Shown here: in pieces, positions 1-12,100 of the stretch
How positions within the stretch are numbered: position 1 is the first letter of the stretch
How the letters are laid out: the number at the start of each line of letters is the position of its first letter
Assembly (NCBI GenBank): GCA_964469525.1
Contig: CAYXYU010000003.1
Span: forward strand, 33,185 to 97,184
DNA length: 64,000 bases
Direction of reading: 5' to 3'
Source: an uncultured Rickettsiales bacterium
GTDB lineage: Bacteria; Pseudomonadota; Alphaproteobacteria; Rickettsiales; SXRF01
Notes under the pieces: model-generated
Told to the model about the DNA's origin: nothing
The model's input: the letters and a program-made list of their open reading frames with translations, nothing else
Database searches by the model: none
Position numbers and translations under genes: made by a program

Positions 1-19
1 TGCCTAATGCCTGCCCTCT

Positions 20-892
20 TCAATTTTTATACCCCTGCGCATACAGCAGCGCTCTTAAATCGCAATAATCGATCCGCGCCCTGGCCTGCGCACGCACGGC
101 GGGCTTGGCGTGGTAGGCTACGCCTAACCCCGCCGCCAGCAGCATCGGCAGGTCGTTGGCTCCGTCGCCGACTGCCAGCACCTCTTGGCTGAGTAGGCGC
201 CGCTGCTGGCAGGTTTCCTTCAGTGCCTGGAACTTGGCTTCCCGGCCCAGAACGGGGGGAATGACGTGTCCGGTCAGCTTTCCGTTTGCCAGATCGAGCA
301 CATTGGCCTGATGCTCATCAAAGCCAAGCTCCCGCGCAACACGTGAAGTGAAGAAGGTAAACCCGCCCGAGACCAGCACCGTATAGGCGCCGTTGTTCTG
401 CATGGCGGACAACAGCTCCTTCGCGCCGGGGGTGAATCTCACGCGTTCATCGTAACAGCGCTGCAACACGGATTCGTCGAGCCCTTTCAACAGCGACACC
501 CGTTCCGTAAGGGCAGCAGCAAAATCCAGATCACCGTTCATGGCGCGGGCGGTGATGGCGGCGACCTCTCTTTTCTTACCCACGAAATCGGCTAGCTCGT
601 CAATGCATTCGACGGTAATCATGGTCGAGTCCATGTCGCAGATGAGCAGCTTCTTCTTCCGCCCTGCCGCCGGCTGCACGATGATGTCATAAGGCTGGCT
701 GCCGGCTAATGAGCGCACCCGCGCCTCGAGCTTGTCGCGACTGTCATGGTTGACGAAAAGGTCGCAGGCGACGCGTTCCTTCAGCCAGTCGATCTTTTTG
801 ACACGCGGTAGTTCCGCCGCCATAGTGTCGATGACGGTCTTGGCCAGCGGTTTCCCGGCGGGATCGGCAATGAGAGTAACGACGAAATCCAT
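20..892 (-). CDS. serB: Phosphoserine phosphatase SerB (HAD family)
   Basis: Motifs LLICDMDSTMI, VSGGF and AVGDGANDLPML. Start moved to MDFVVTLIAD at 892, because the longer ORF runs antisense into miaA. Confidence 0.93.
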   Translation of the reverse strand: MDFVVTLIADPAGKPLAKTVIDTMAAELPRVKKIDWLKERVACDLFVNHDSRDKLEARVRSLAGSQPYDIIVQPAAGRKKKLLICDMDSTMITVECIDELADFVGKKREVAAITARAMNGDLDFAAALTERVSLLKGLDESVLQRCYDERVRFTPGAKELLSAMQNNGAYTVLVSGGFTFFTSRVARELGFDEHQANVLDLANGKLTGHVIPPVLGREAKFQALKETCQQRRLLSQEVLAVGDGANDLPMLLAAGLGVAYHAKPAVRAQARARIDYCDLRALLYAQGYKN

Positions 893-1808
893 GAAGCCCG
901 ACATCATTATCGTGACCGGCCCGACCGCCAGCGGCAAATCGGGCGCAGCGCTCTCCATAGCTGAAAGCAGCGGCGGTGTCATCATCAATGCCGACAGCCA
1001 GCAGATGTACCGCGAGCTGCGCATCCTGACCGCCCGCCCGACGCCGGAAGAGGAGGCGAGGGTGCCGCACAGGCTCTATGGCATGCTGGCGGCGGGGGAG
1101 CCCTGCTCAGCGGGGATGTGGCTCAGGCTTGCCCGCATGGAGATCGACTGGGTGCGGGCAGAGGGGAAGACGCCCATCGTGGTCGGCGGTACGGGGCTTT
1201 ACCTCAAGGCATTGCTTGAAGGCATCGCCGATATACCCGATATTCCGGAAACGGTACGCGCCCAAGCCGAAAGCGACTATGCTTCCATGGGCAGGGAAGC
1301 GTTTGCCGAACGTCTACGAGTCGTTGATCCGGAATTTTTCGCCCGTCTCAAGATTTTTGACCGCCAGCGTCTGGTGCGCGCCTACAGCGTCTGGCTCGGT
1401 ACCGGAAAAGCCTTATCCTGGTGGCAGCGGCAGGAGGCGGCCTCCCTCTATCCGCGGGAATCTTTCAGAATATTCCAGATGGACATTCCGCGCCCGGAAC
1501 TGTACCGCCGCTGCGACGAGCGCTTTATCCAGATGCTGAAGCAGGGGGTACTGGAAGAGGTTAAACAGTTGCTGGCATTGAATCTGCCTGCCGATCTGCC
1601 GGTCGTGAAGTCAGTGGGCATCAAGGAGTTAACTGCTCACTTGCAAGGAAAAATTTCCTTGGAAGAGGCTGCCGCCAAAGCCCAGCAGGCTACGCGTAAC
1701 TACGCCAAGCGCCAGCTGACCTGGTTCAGACACCAGCTGCCGGAGGCGGTGAAAGTGGCGGATGCAGAGCAATTGTCAACAAACTGTCATTTTTCTTTTG
1801 GCGCGTAA
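891..1808 (+). CDS. miaA: tRNA dimethylallyltransferase
   Basis: P-loop VTGPTASGKS, INADSQQMY, VVGGTGLY and TRNYAKRQLTWFR. Start set at MKPDII. Confidence 0.96.
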   Translation: MKPDIIIVTGPTASGKSGAALSIAESSGGVIINADSQQMYRELRILTARPTPEEEARVPHRLYGMLAAGEPCSAGMWLRLARMEIDWVRAEGKTPIVVGGTGLYLKALLEGIADIPDIPETVRAQAESDYASMGREAFAERLRVVDPEFFARLKIFDRQRLVRAYSVWLGTGKALSWWQRQEAASLYPRESFRIFQMDIPRPELYRRCDERFIQMLKQGVLEEVKQLLALNLPADLPVVKSVGIKELTAHLQGKISLEEAAAKAQQATRNYAKRQLTWFRHQLPEAVKVADAEQLSTNCHFSFGA

Positions 1809-1849
1809 TCACTAAGATTCGGTCTTTATCCATCCAATACGCGCAAGTC

Positions 1850-3133
1850 ATGATCAAGAAATTCACTGATGCCTTTACTCCCGTGTCCAGCGTGCTGGTT
1901 TCCAGTAATGTAGGCCAGAATCAGAAGCTTCGGAAACTGCATGAGCAAATGACGTATGAATTGATGAAGGCAAAAGAGAGGTACTTCATCCGTGATAGCA
2001 ATGGCATGGATTTCGGCCTTACCGATTTGCAGCAAAAGATCGTGGAAGCCGCCGATGCCTATGTTTTTCTGCCTATTCCTGAACATATCAAGCAACCCAC
2101 CGCCCCGGTTAATCGCGACTTTTTTCGGGAAATGTTCAAGGCGGCGTCCCTATTTGTAGGAGCTCAGACTGCTGACCCGGAATTGCATTTGGAGAAGCCT
2201 AACGGGCATAGCGAGCGCACGCTGGATGCTCCGCTTAAGCCGATCATCCTCGTGAATAGCGATAAGAAGAGCCGCTGCTGGAAACCGTTTGTGGAGCTGG
2301 CCGAGCATATGCATGCGCTGGGTACGATCAAGCAGAAGCCCGAGAATATCATTCATATGGTTGACGATATCGGTTCGGCTATGGAACTTCTGGCCACGGC
2401 GCATCGCAAAAAGCTTAAGGCAGCCCCAACCCATGCGGGATCACATCATGCGCTGCCAAAACGCCAACGCGAACAGGATACGCATGAAGAGCGCATCCCT
2501 GATTTCAATGTGTGTGTTTTTTGTTCGGCTTCGACGAAGAATCATGAATTAAAAGAAAGTGCCCGTCAGCTAGGCGCCGATATCGCCCGTCAGGGCTGGG
2601 GGTTGATCAGCGGCCTTGGCCGCACCGGTATGATGGGAACGGTGGTGGAGGGTGCGGCGGAGGTTATTAAAAATGAAGGCAAAGGCTGGGTGGGCGGCTC
2701 CAACCTGCCGCGCATCATTAAGATGGAGGGACTGCCGGATTATTATGATAAATTCTGGGAAAAACCGGATATTTACACCCGCATGGAGGTGATGATCGAG
2801 AAATCGCAGGCATTCGTTGTCATGCCGGGCGGTATGGGTACGGTGCAGGAGTTAATGGCATTGTTGCTGCTGAAACATGCGAAGGAGAATGGGAAGCCTT
2901 ACCTAATGCGCGATGATAAATTCGCCAACAAGCCCATTATTCTTGTTAATCATGAAGTTGATCATGATGGTAAACGGGTTAAATTCTGGAAGCCATTGGT
3001 CGATATGGCCAAAAAATTTGGTTTTGAAGATGATATTATTGTTGTGGATTCCATAGATCAGGCCATGCAGCAACTGGAAAACCATCACCGGAGTCATCAA
3101 TTGCCTCGAAAAATACGCAATTTATCCCGTTGA
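1850..3133 (+). CDS. LOG-family protein with a degenerate N-terminal LOG-like domain and an intact C-terminal LOG domain
   Basis: The C-terminal half has VCVFCSAS, GMMG, PGGMGTVQEL and KPIILVN. The N-terminal half repeats ADAYVFLP...PIILVN...WKPFVEL...VDDIGSAM without the PGGxGT motif. Confidence 0.78.
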   Translation: MIKKFTDAFTPVSSVLVSSNVGQNQKLRKLHEQMTYELMKAKERYFIRDSNGMDFGLTDLQQKIVEAADAYVFLPIPEHIKQPTAPVNRDFFREMFKAASLFVGAQTADPELHLEKPNGHSERTLDAPLKPIILVNSDKKSRCWKPFVELAEHMHALGTIKQKPENIIHMVDDIGSAMELLATAHRKKLKAAPTHAGSHHALPKRQREQDTHEERIPDFNVCVFCSASTKNHELKESARQLGADIARQGWGLISGLGRTGMMGTVVEGAAEVIKNEGKGWVGGSNLPRIIKMEGLPDYYDKFWEKPDIYTRMEVMIEKSQAFVVMPGGMGTVQELMALLLLKHAKENGKPYLMRDDKFANKPIILVNHEVDHDGKRVKFWKPLVDMAKKFGFEDDIIVVDSIDQAMQQLENHHRSHQLPRKIRNLSR

Positions 3134-3139
3134 ATTTTA

Positions 3140-3168
3140 TTGACCGAGTCAGGTCAAAGCTCTAAATT
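3140..3168 (+). promoter_or_regulatory. Putative sigma70 promoter of ilvB with a palindromic operator over the -35
   Basis: TTGACC-N17-TAAATT. TTGACC-gagtca-GGTCAA is an inverted repeat. Confidence 0.45.
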
Positions 3169-3197
3169 TACTCCCTTTTCCGCAAAAAGAGCGTGCT

Positions 3198-4973
3198 ATG
3201 AAACCGGCGGTTATGACCAGCCCGAAACAGGAGAGCCATCACGACATCACTGGCGCCGAGGTGATCGTGAAAGCGCTCGTCAATGAGGATATCGATGTGG
3301 TGTTCGGTTATCCGGGCGGCGCGGTGCTGCCGGTGTATGACGCGCTGTTCAAGCAGAACCAGCTACGCCATATCCTGGTGCGCCATGAGCAGGGAGCGAC
3401 GCACGCCGCCGAAGGCTATGCCCGCTCGACCGGCAAGGTCGGCGTGGTGCTGGTCACTTCCGGTCCCGGCGCGACCAATGCCGTGACGGGACTGACCGAC
3501 GCCATGCTCGACTCGATCCCCATCGTCTGCATCACCGGCCAGGTGCCGACACACCTGATCGGCTCCGACGCCTTCCAGGAAGCCGACACTACCGGCATCA
3601 CGCGCAGCTGCACCAAGTATAATTACCTGGTGAAGGATGTAAACGACCTCGCCCGCATCGTACACGAGGCGTTCCATATCGCCCGCACCGGCCGCCCTGG
3701 CCCGGTCGTCATCGACATCCCGAAGAACATTATGAACCAGAAGACAGACTATCTGGGCAAGCAGCCGGTTGACCGCCCGTCCTATCGTCCGCAGACGAAA
3801 CCTGATTTGAAGCAGGTGGAAAAGGCAGTGGCGCTGATGGCGCAAGCGAAGCGCCCGATTTTTTATGTCGGCGGCGGCGTCATTAATTCAGGGACTGTTG
3901 CCTGCGCAGCGCTGCGTGAGCTGGTGCATTTAACCGGTTTTCCCTGCACCACCACGCTGATGGGACTCGGCGCGTTTCCTGGCACGCATAAGCAGTTCGT
4001 CGGCATGCTCGGGATGCATGGCAGCCTGGAGGCCAACATGGGCATGGCGGAATGCGACGTGATGATCAATATAGGCGCGCGCTTCGATGACCGCGTGACC
4101 GGCCGGCTCGACGCGTTTTCCAGAAAATCAAAAAAGATCCATGTCGATATCGACCCCAGCTCAATCAATAAGAACGTGCATGTGCATGTGCCGATTGTTG
4201 GCGATGCAGGTACGGTGATTGAACAGATGATCGTGGCGTGGAAGAAAAAGAATCCGAAGCCAGACATAGGCGAATGGTGGCTCAAAATCGAGGAATGGCG
4301 ATCGAAGAAAAGCTTTTCCTACAAGCAGGGTGACAAGGTCATCAAGCCGCAATACGCACTCGAGCGACTGTATGAGTTGACGAAGGATAAAGATCTCTAT
4401 GCCACCACCGATGTCGGCCAGCATCAGATGTGGGCGGCGCAGTTTTTGAAGTTCGACAAGCCGCACCGCTGGATGACTTCCGGCGGCTTAGGGACCATGG
4501 GCTACGGCATGCCATCCGCCATTGGCGTGCAGATCGCACACCCGGACGATCTGGTGGTATGCGTCACCGGCGAGGCGTCGCTGATGATGAACATTCAGGA
4601 GCTCTCCACCATCGTGCAATACCGCCTGCCGCTGAAGGTGTTCATCCTCAACAACCGCTACATGGGCATGGTGCGCCAGTGGCAGGAGATGTTCCACGGC
4701 TCGCGCTACTCGGAGTCTTACATGGACAGCCTGCCCGATTTTGTGAAATTGGCTGAGGCGTACGGCATGACGGGCCTCAGATGTGAGAAAGTGGCCGACG
4801 TCGATAAGACCATCAAAGAGATGATGGCCATCCAGGGCCCGGTGATCGTCGACATGGTGGTTGACCAGAACGAAAACGTCTACCCGATGATCCCCGCCGG
4901 GGCGGCGCATTATGAGCTTGTCCTTGGGCCGGGGGAAAAAGCGGGCGAGATCAAGACGAAGGATCTGTTGTGA
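3198..4973 (+). CDS. ilvB: Acetolactate synthase large subunit
   Basis: [40 protein letters not shown] and [10 protein letters not shown]. Confidence 0.96.
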   Translation: MKPAVMTSPKQESHHDITGAEVIVKALVNEDIDVVFGYPGGAVLPVYDALFKQNQLRHILVRHEQGATHAAEGYARSTGKVGVVLVTSGPGATNAVTGLTDAMLDSIPIVCITGQVPTHLIGSDAFQEADTTGITRSCTKYNYLVKDVNDLARIVHEAFHIARTGRPGPVVIDIPKNIMNQKTDYLGKQPVDRPSYRPQTKPDLKQVEKAVALMAQAKRPIFYVGGGVINSGTVACAALRELVHLTGFPCTTTLMGLGAFPGTHKQFVGMLGMHGSLEANMGMAECDVMINIGARFDDRVTGRLDAFSRKSKKIHVDIDPSSINKNVHVHVPIVGDAGTVIEQMIVAWKKKNPKPDIGEWWLKIEEWRSKKSFSYKQGDKVIKPQYALERLYELTKDKDLYATTDVGQHQMWAAQFLKFDKPHRWMTSGGLGTMGYGMPSAIGVQIAHPDDLVVCVTGEASLMMNIQELSTIVQYRLPLKVFILNNRYMGMVRQWQEMFHGSRYSESYMDSLPDFVKLAEAYGMTGLRCEKVADVDKTIKEMMAIQGPVIVDMVVDQNENVYPMIPAGAAHYELVLGPGEKAGEIKTKDLL

Positions 4974-5839
4974 TTACGAACTCCTCTCCAAAAGATGTTG
5001 AACGCGCTAAGCTGGGTATATTGCTGTTTTTGAACAGCGCTGCTGCCGAGCCGCAAACACGGTGGGTAATGCGTAGCTTTTTAGAGGAGCAGTTAATGTC
5101 CCCGTTTATCGATTTGAGAGATTGTCCGGAAGTAGGATTGGTTCCTGACAGGCAGGCCCGGATTTTGAATTATGACAATCCATGCCGAATTCGCGATAAA
5201 AATGCGCTGTCCAAGGCGCTGGAAGAACTGAAAGATGCGGATCTCATTCTGGAAGAGCGTATTTCCCAAGGCAGCCGGTACCATATTGCCTCAGGGCCTG
5301 CTGAAGAACTTCTATCCCGCATGTTAAAGAATCAAAAAATAATACTTACGGAATCCCGCCAGCAGCAGGAAAAAACCAACGTGTTGCTTCCGCAGGCGGA
5401 GCAGGCCGTTTTGCGAAGATTATATCATTGTAAGGCACGCAGCTGGAACGAGCGGCGCATTGCCAACCGTATTGCTTCCCACCGCGGACATGTTTCCGAA
5501 GGTAGTCTTGCCGAAGGTTATATTGTAAGCGAGATGAGCAAGGATCGGATTGATAGAAACATTCTTCAGCCCGATCTTCCTGAAAATGCTGGCTCCATGT
5601 CAAATCCATTCAAAGGTTGGCCATCGCTGATAAAACACGCTATCGCCGCATTGGAACAGAAAGGGTATATTGCTAATCCTCTCCGCATGGAGCTTGGTAG
5701 CAAGACGAAATCCTATACCATTACCGATCCGGGAATTATTGCGTTGGGCATAGAGAAACCGATATTTCAATCGAAATTGAGGGAGAATAGAGAAAGCGCC
5801 ATCTCCAGCTGTGACAATGGCGGCAAGGGCGGTCGATGA
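4970..5839 (+). CDS. Hypothetical protein, possibly two winged-helix-like segments
   Basis: 289-aa AT-rich ORF that overlaps the ilvB stop (GTGA) and the ilvN start (ATGA). Confidence 0.6.
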   Translation: MITNSSPKDVERAKLGILLFLNSAAAEPQTRWVMRSFLEEQLMSPFIDLRDCPEVGLVPDRQARILNYDNPCRIRDKNALSKALEELKDADLILEERISQGSRYHIASGPAEELLSRMLKNQKIILTESRQQQEKTNVLLPQAEQAVLRRLYHCKARSWNERRIANRIASHRGHVSEGSLAEGYIVSEMSKDRIDRNILQPDLPENAGSMSNPFKGWPSLIKHAIAALEQKGYIANPLRMELGSKTKSYTITDPGIIALGIEKPIFQSKLRENRESAISSCDNGGKGGR

Positions 5840-6387
5840 AAGACATCGTCTACGATATCCCGACCGTCAGTACGATCACCAGGCGGCATACGCTGGTCGT
5901 ACTGGTCGACAACGAGTTCGGCGTGCTGGCGCGCGTCATTGGGCTGTTCTCGGGGCGCGGTTACAACATCGAGTCGCTGACGGTGGCCGAGGTCGAGCAT
6001 GAGGAGAACGGGCATAAGACCGGCCGTTCGCGCATCACGATCGTGACCAGCGGCACCGAGATGGTGATCGAGCAGATCAAGAAGTTGCTGGACAAGATGG
6101 TGCCGGTTCATAAGGTGCACGACCTGACCGTCGAAGGCCCGCATGTCGAGCGCGAGCTGGCGCTGATCAAGGTAGCGGGCAACGGCCACGACCGTGTCGA
6201 GACGCTGAAGATCGCCGATATTTTCCGCGCCCGCGTGGTCGATGCGACCAGCCACTCTTTCGTATTCGAGCTGACCGGCGAGTCGAAGAAGATCAACGAA
6301 TTCATTGAAATATTACGTCCGCTGGGGTTGGTTGAAATCTGCCGCACCGGCATCGCGGCGATGAGCCGGGGGAAAGAGGGGATTTGA
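5836..6387 (+). CDS. ilvN: Acetolactate synthase small subunit
   Basis: ACT domain VDNEFGVLARVIGLFSGRGYNIESLTVA and C-terminal RTGIAAMSRG. Confidence 0.96.
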   Translation: MKDIVYDIPTVSTITRRHTLVVLVDNEFGVLARVIGLFSGRGYNIESLTVAEVEHEENGHKTGRSRITIVTSGTEMVIEQIKKLLDKMVPVHKVHDLTVEGPHVERELALIKVAGNGHDRVETLKIADIFRARVVDATSHSFVFELTGESKKINEFIEILRPLGLVEICRTGIAAMSRGKEGI

Positions 6388-6490
6388 AAATGCAGGCACT
6401 CCAGCAGCTATTGAGCCTATCGAGGACTGGGCGGACAAGACACTTAGGATGCTGCGTAATCTGCAGCGCGCGCTTAAGGAAAAATTATAA

Positions 6491-6530
6491 CCTGATCACC
6501 TGATGACCTGAATACCCGATAACCCGAAAG
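6491..6530. repeat. Degenerate 8-mer tandem repeat
   Basis: cctgatca|cctgatga|cctgaata|cccgataa|cccgaaag, just upstream of ilvC. Confidence 0.7.
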
Positions 6531-6535
6531 GATAA

Positions 6536-7558
<1,023 letters not shown>

Positions 7559-7565
7559 TAATGAT

Positions 7566-8552
7566 ATGACCAACGAAAATAAAGCCTTGGACCAGCGGTA
7601 CGCCGACCGCTTTGCAGCCTTCATCGGCAATACCACGGAGAATGAACAACAGAGACGTGTTGCCGAAGCGTTGTTGCATGAGTTGAATGAAACCGTTCCA
7701 GGTATATTCCGGCGGGAGGGGAAACTGGATATCATCGATCTGGGCTGTGGCCCCGGCCAAATGGTGCGTTCTTTTCAACAGTTCTTTGAAGGGGTGAATC
7801 CGGACGGTGCCTGGGTCAATGCATTGGAGATGAATCGCGATCACCTGGTCGCAGCGCAGCGGCATCTTTCCGACAGCGTCATCATTCCTGAAGATATTTT
7901 TCAGTCTCAGCCCAATATACGAGAAATGTTCGGCCTGCGGCAGGATCCGGCTGCGGTGTTCGTGTCGCATTCAGGCTATTACGGATATGACAAGGACCGA
8001 GGAATTGGCGATCAGCCGAAACTCGAAGCATTAGCAGATAATGTCGCCAACCTAATGGGTAAGAATACGATTGCTTTCGTTCAACATAAGGCGCCTGAAC
8101 CGACCAATGCGCTCAAGCGCAAATACGCCAATATCGTTGAGTCCGATACGGCGGAGGCGTTGGGAAAGATATTTGAGAAGCGCGGCATGCGCAGTTTTCC
8201 CCTACGCTTCGAAGCGGTACTCAATTTTCCCGAGGTGAAGGAAGGATTGTGGCAGGAATTGAAAAATCCAAAACCGTACCCTCAGAGTGATTATACCAAT
8301 GGAAAAGAAGTCCGCGACCTGCTGGAATTCCTGGTGCATAAGGGGCTGGAAGAAATGTCCACGGAGGAACGGCATGCTTATCTTAAAGATGCCAGGGAGC
8401 TGATTGCGAAACATAACGGCCATATCCCCACCTTCATCGAACAACGCGTGGTAGTCTCTCCTGGCGCAAGTCGTGGCTTCACAGAGAAAGTGAAAGCAGC
8501 GGTGAATAACGTGGCACAGGAGTATGCCAGCAAGATGGAGATGGCAGCATAG
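7566..8552 (+). CDS. Class I SAM-dependent methyltransferase-like protein
   Basis: Motif I IIDLGCGPG and acidic motif II NALEMN; AT-richer than its neighbours. Confidence 0.7.
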   Translation: MTNENKALDQRYADRFAAFIGNTTENEQQRRVAEALLHELNETVPGIFRREGKLDIIDLGCGPGQMVRSFQQFFEGVNPDGAWVNALEMNRDHLVAAQRHLSDSVIIPEDIFQSQPNIREMFGLRQDPAAVFVSHSGYYGYDKDRGIGDQPKLEALADNVANLMGKNTIAFVQHKAPEPTNALKRKYANIVESDTAEALGKIFEKRGMRSFPLRFEAVLNFPEVKEGLWQELKNPKPYPQSDYTNGKEVRDLLEFLVHKGLEEMSTEERHAYLKDARELIAKHNGHIPTFIEQRVVVSPGASRGFTEKVKAAVNNVAQEYASKMEMAA

Positions 8553-8559
8553 GCAGTTA

Positions 8560-9144
8560 TTACCTGACACACTGAATCACCGCCACCGGCGGCAGGGTTT
8601 CGCCGCGTTGCAGGCGCAGGAGGCGGCTGATGCAGCGCGTGTAGCCTTCGATCAGCACGTCGCAGCCGAACTTGGGGTCATGGGCAATGATCGGGTGACC
8701 GGTGTAGGGGATGGATTCGGGTGCTTCGAGCAGTCTTTTTGCTGCGTTGCGCGGATCGCGTGCGTTATTCGGGTCATATTTTCCGCTGATGAACGCTTCC
8801 AGCTGCACCGGCTGGTCGCGCCAGCCGATGGTGGGGCTTACCGCCAGGGATGCCAGCGATGCGGAGGGTAGGTCAATCAGCCGGAAGCTGCGGGCGGGTT
8901 CAATATAGTACTTGATATAATCGCCGCGGCGCGCGCGCAGACGGCCGATCAGCTCCTCCTGATCGGCATCGCTGTACGGTCCGCCCGTGGCCAGCTTCTG
9001 ACGCAAAGTCTTATTCATGCCCTTGGTCATGGTGGTGCGCCAGCGCGGACTTAAAGTTTCGGCCAGCGCCCAGGAAAACAGGACTTTCTGACGGCTGATG
9101 TCAAGAATGCGAGAAATAGGCATAATAGAGGCCTTGGCGATCAA
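8560..9144 (-). CDS. Hypothetical protein with a ParB/sulfiredoxin-like C-terminal motif (start uncertain)
   Basis: HPIIAH...VLIEGYTR resembles the PIiv...lidGhhR core. Confidence 0.45.
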   Translation of the reverse strand: MIAKASIMPISRILDISRQKVLFSWALAETLSPRWRTTMTKGMNKTLRQKLATGGPYSDADQEELIGRLRARRGDYIKYYIEPARSFRLIDLPSASLASLAVSPTIGWRDQPVQLEAFISGKYDPNNARDPRNAAKRLLEAPESIPYTGHPIIAHDPKFGCDVLIEGYTRCISRLLRLQRGETLPPVAVIQCVR

Positions 9145-9157
9145 TAAAAGAGTTGCT

Positions 9158-9193
9158 CTAAGAGCATATCTTTCTTACCTTATATGCTCTTAG
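9158..9193. promoter_or_regulatory. 12-bp inverted repeat in the leuA leader
   Basis: ctaagagcatat (9158-9169) pairs with atatgctcttag (9182-9193). Confidence 0.5.
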
Positions 9194-9210
9194 CAGATCG
9201 GAGCTTACCC

Positions 9211-10755
9211 TTGGCAAAACAGGAACGCATCATTATTTTCGACACTACCCTGCGTGATGGCGAGCAATCGCCTGGCATGTCGATGAACCTTGAGGAGAAG
9301 CTGCTGGTCGCCGAGGCGCTGGATGCCATGGGCGTCGATGTCATCGAGGCCGGGTTCGCACAGGCGTCGAACGGCGATTTCGAAGCTGTGCATGAAATCG
9401 CCAGCCGCATCAAGAATGCGGTGGTTTGTTCCTTGGCGCGCGCTAAGCCGGGCGACATTGAACGCGCGGCGGAAGCACTGAAGCCGGCGAAGCAGTTCCG
9501 CATCCACACCTTCATCTCGACTTCCGATATCCATCTCAAATACCAGTTCCGCCTGAGCCGCGAGCAGGTGCTGGAGATCATCAGGGATACGGTGACGCTG
9601 GCACGCAAATTCACCGACAATGTCGAATGGTCGGCGATGGATTCAACGCGAAGTGACCGCGATTATCTGTGCAAGGCAGTGGAAACGGCCATTAAAGCCG
9701 GCGCCACCACCGTCAATATTCCTGACACGGTGGGCTATGCCACGCCGGACGATTACGGCGCGCTGATCGCCTATCTTAAGAACAATGTGCCGAACATCGA
9801 CAAGGCGATCATCTCAACACATTGCCAGAACGATCTAGGATTGGCCACCGCCAACTCGCTGGCCGCCATCCGTAACGGCGCGCGACAGATCGAGTGCACC
9901 ATCAACGGCATCGGTGAGCGCGCCGGCAACACGGCGCTTGAGGAAGTGGTGATGGCGATCAAGACGCGCCCTGACCTGTATCCTTACACCGTCGGCGTCA
10001 ACACCACGCATATTACGCGCCTGTCGCGCCTGGTGCAGAACATCACCGGTGCGCTGGTACAGGTCAACAAGGCCATCGTCGGCGCCAACGCCTTTGCCCA
10101 CGAGTCGGGCATCCACCAGGACGGTATGCTGAAACACGCGGGAACCTACGAGATTATGACACCGGAGTCGGTCGGGCTGACCAAATCGAGCCTGGTGCTC
10201 GGCAAACATTCGGGGCGGCATGCCTTTCGCGAGCGCATCGCCGAACTCGGTTTCGACATCGGCGACAACGCCTTCGAGGAAGCCTTCCATCGCTTTAAGG
10301 ATCTCGCCGACAAGAAGAAGGAAATTTACGACGAAGATATCATTGCGCTACTTGATTCCGAGTCGCGCCGCGAAGATGCCATCCAGCTCGAATCGCTGCA
10401 TATCACCTGCGGCACTGTTGGACCGCAGACGGCGATGTTGACGCTGCGCATGGACGGCGAGGTGCGCCGCGCCACTGTCGAGGGCAACGGCCCGATCGAT
10501 GCTACCTTCAACGCCATTAAGGCGCTGGTGCCGCACCAGGCTAGCCTCAAGCTGTACCAGGTGTCGGCGATCACCGCCGGCACCGATGCCCAGGCCGACG
10601 TCAATGTGCGGCTGGAGACGCCGGAAGGGAAGATCGTCAACGGCAACGGCAGGAATATCGACACGGTGGTCGCCTCGGCACTGGCCTATATCAACGCGCT
10701 GTGCAAGCTGCAGACGCTGAAAGCCCGCGAAAGCCTGCTGCCGAAGGCTGGCTAG
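9211..10755 (+). CDS. leuA: 2-isopropylmalate synthase
   Basis: IFDTTLRDGEQ, STHCQNDLG, NGIGERAGN and GKHSGRHA. TTG start chosen after GGAG; an in-frame ATG also exists at 9184. Confidence 0.96.
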   Translation: MAKQERIIIFDTTLRDGEQSPGMSMNLEEKLLVAEALDAMGVDVIEAGFAQASNGDFEAVHEIASRIKNAVVCSLARAKPGDIERAAEALKPAKQFRIHTFISTSDIHLKYQFRLSREQVLEIIRDTVTLARKFTDNVEWSAMDSTRSDRDYLCKAVETAIKAGATTVNIPDTVGYATPDDYGALIAYLKNNVPNIDKAIISTHCQNDLGLATANSLAAIRNGARQIECTINGIGERAGNTALEEVVMAIKTRPDLYPYTVGVNTTHITRLSRLVQNITGALVQVNKAIVGANAFAHESGIHQDGMLKHAGTYEIMTPESVGLTKSSLVLGKHSGRHAFRERIAELGFDIGDNAFEEAFHRFKDLADKKKEIYDEDIIALLDSESRREDAIQLESLHITCGTVGPQTAMLTLRMDGEVRRATVEGNGPIDATFNAIKALVPHQASLKLYQVSAITAGTDAQADVNVRLETPEGKIVNGNGRNIDTVVASALAYINALCKLQTLKARESLLPKAG

Positions 10756-10900
10756 AACATTATCGCAAGAGCACTAAATCCCCTTGCGAGGTAAGCGGCC
10801 TCTCGTATAACCTACGTGACGGAATGCATTATTTCCTGTTCTTGTTATCCTATTATTAACTATCATCCTTTATAACCGGCTGAACTAACCTTATATATGA

Positions 10901-11980
<1,080 letters not shown>

Positions 11981-12100
11981 AACAATTACATAAGCTTATA
12001 GTGCTTTCCTGCTACTCAAGAAATAGAAGTATTCCAATAAATTTCTTTACTAGCGAACGCTTAGTTAATACTACTTAACCAGTAGGATTGCTGGTTATTT

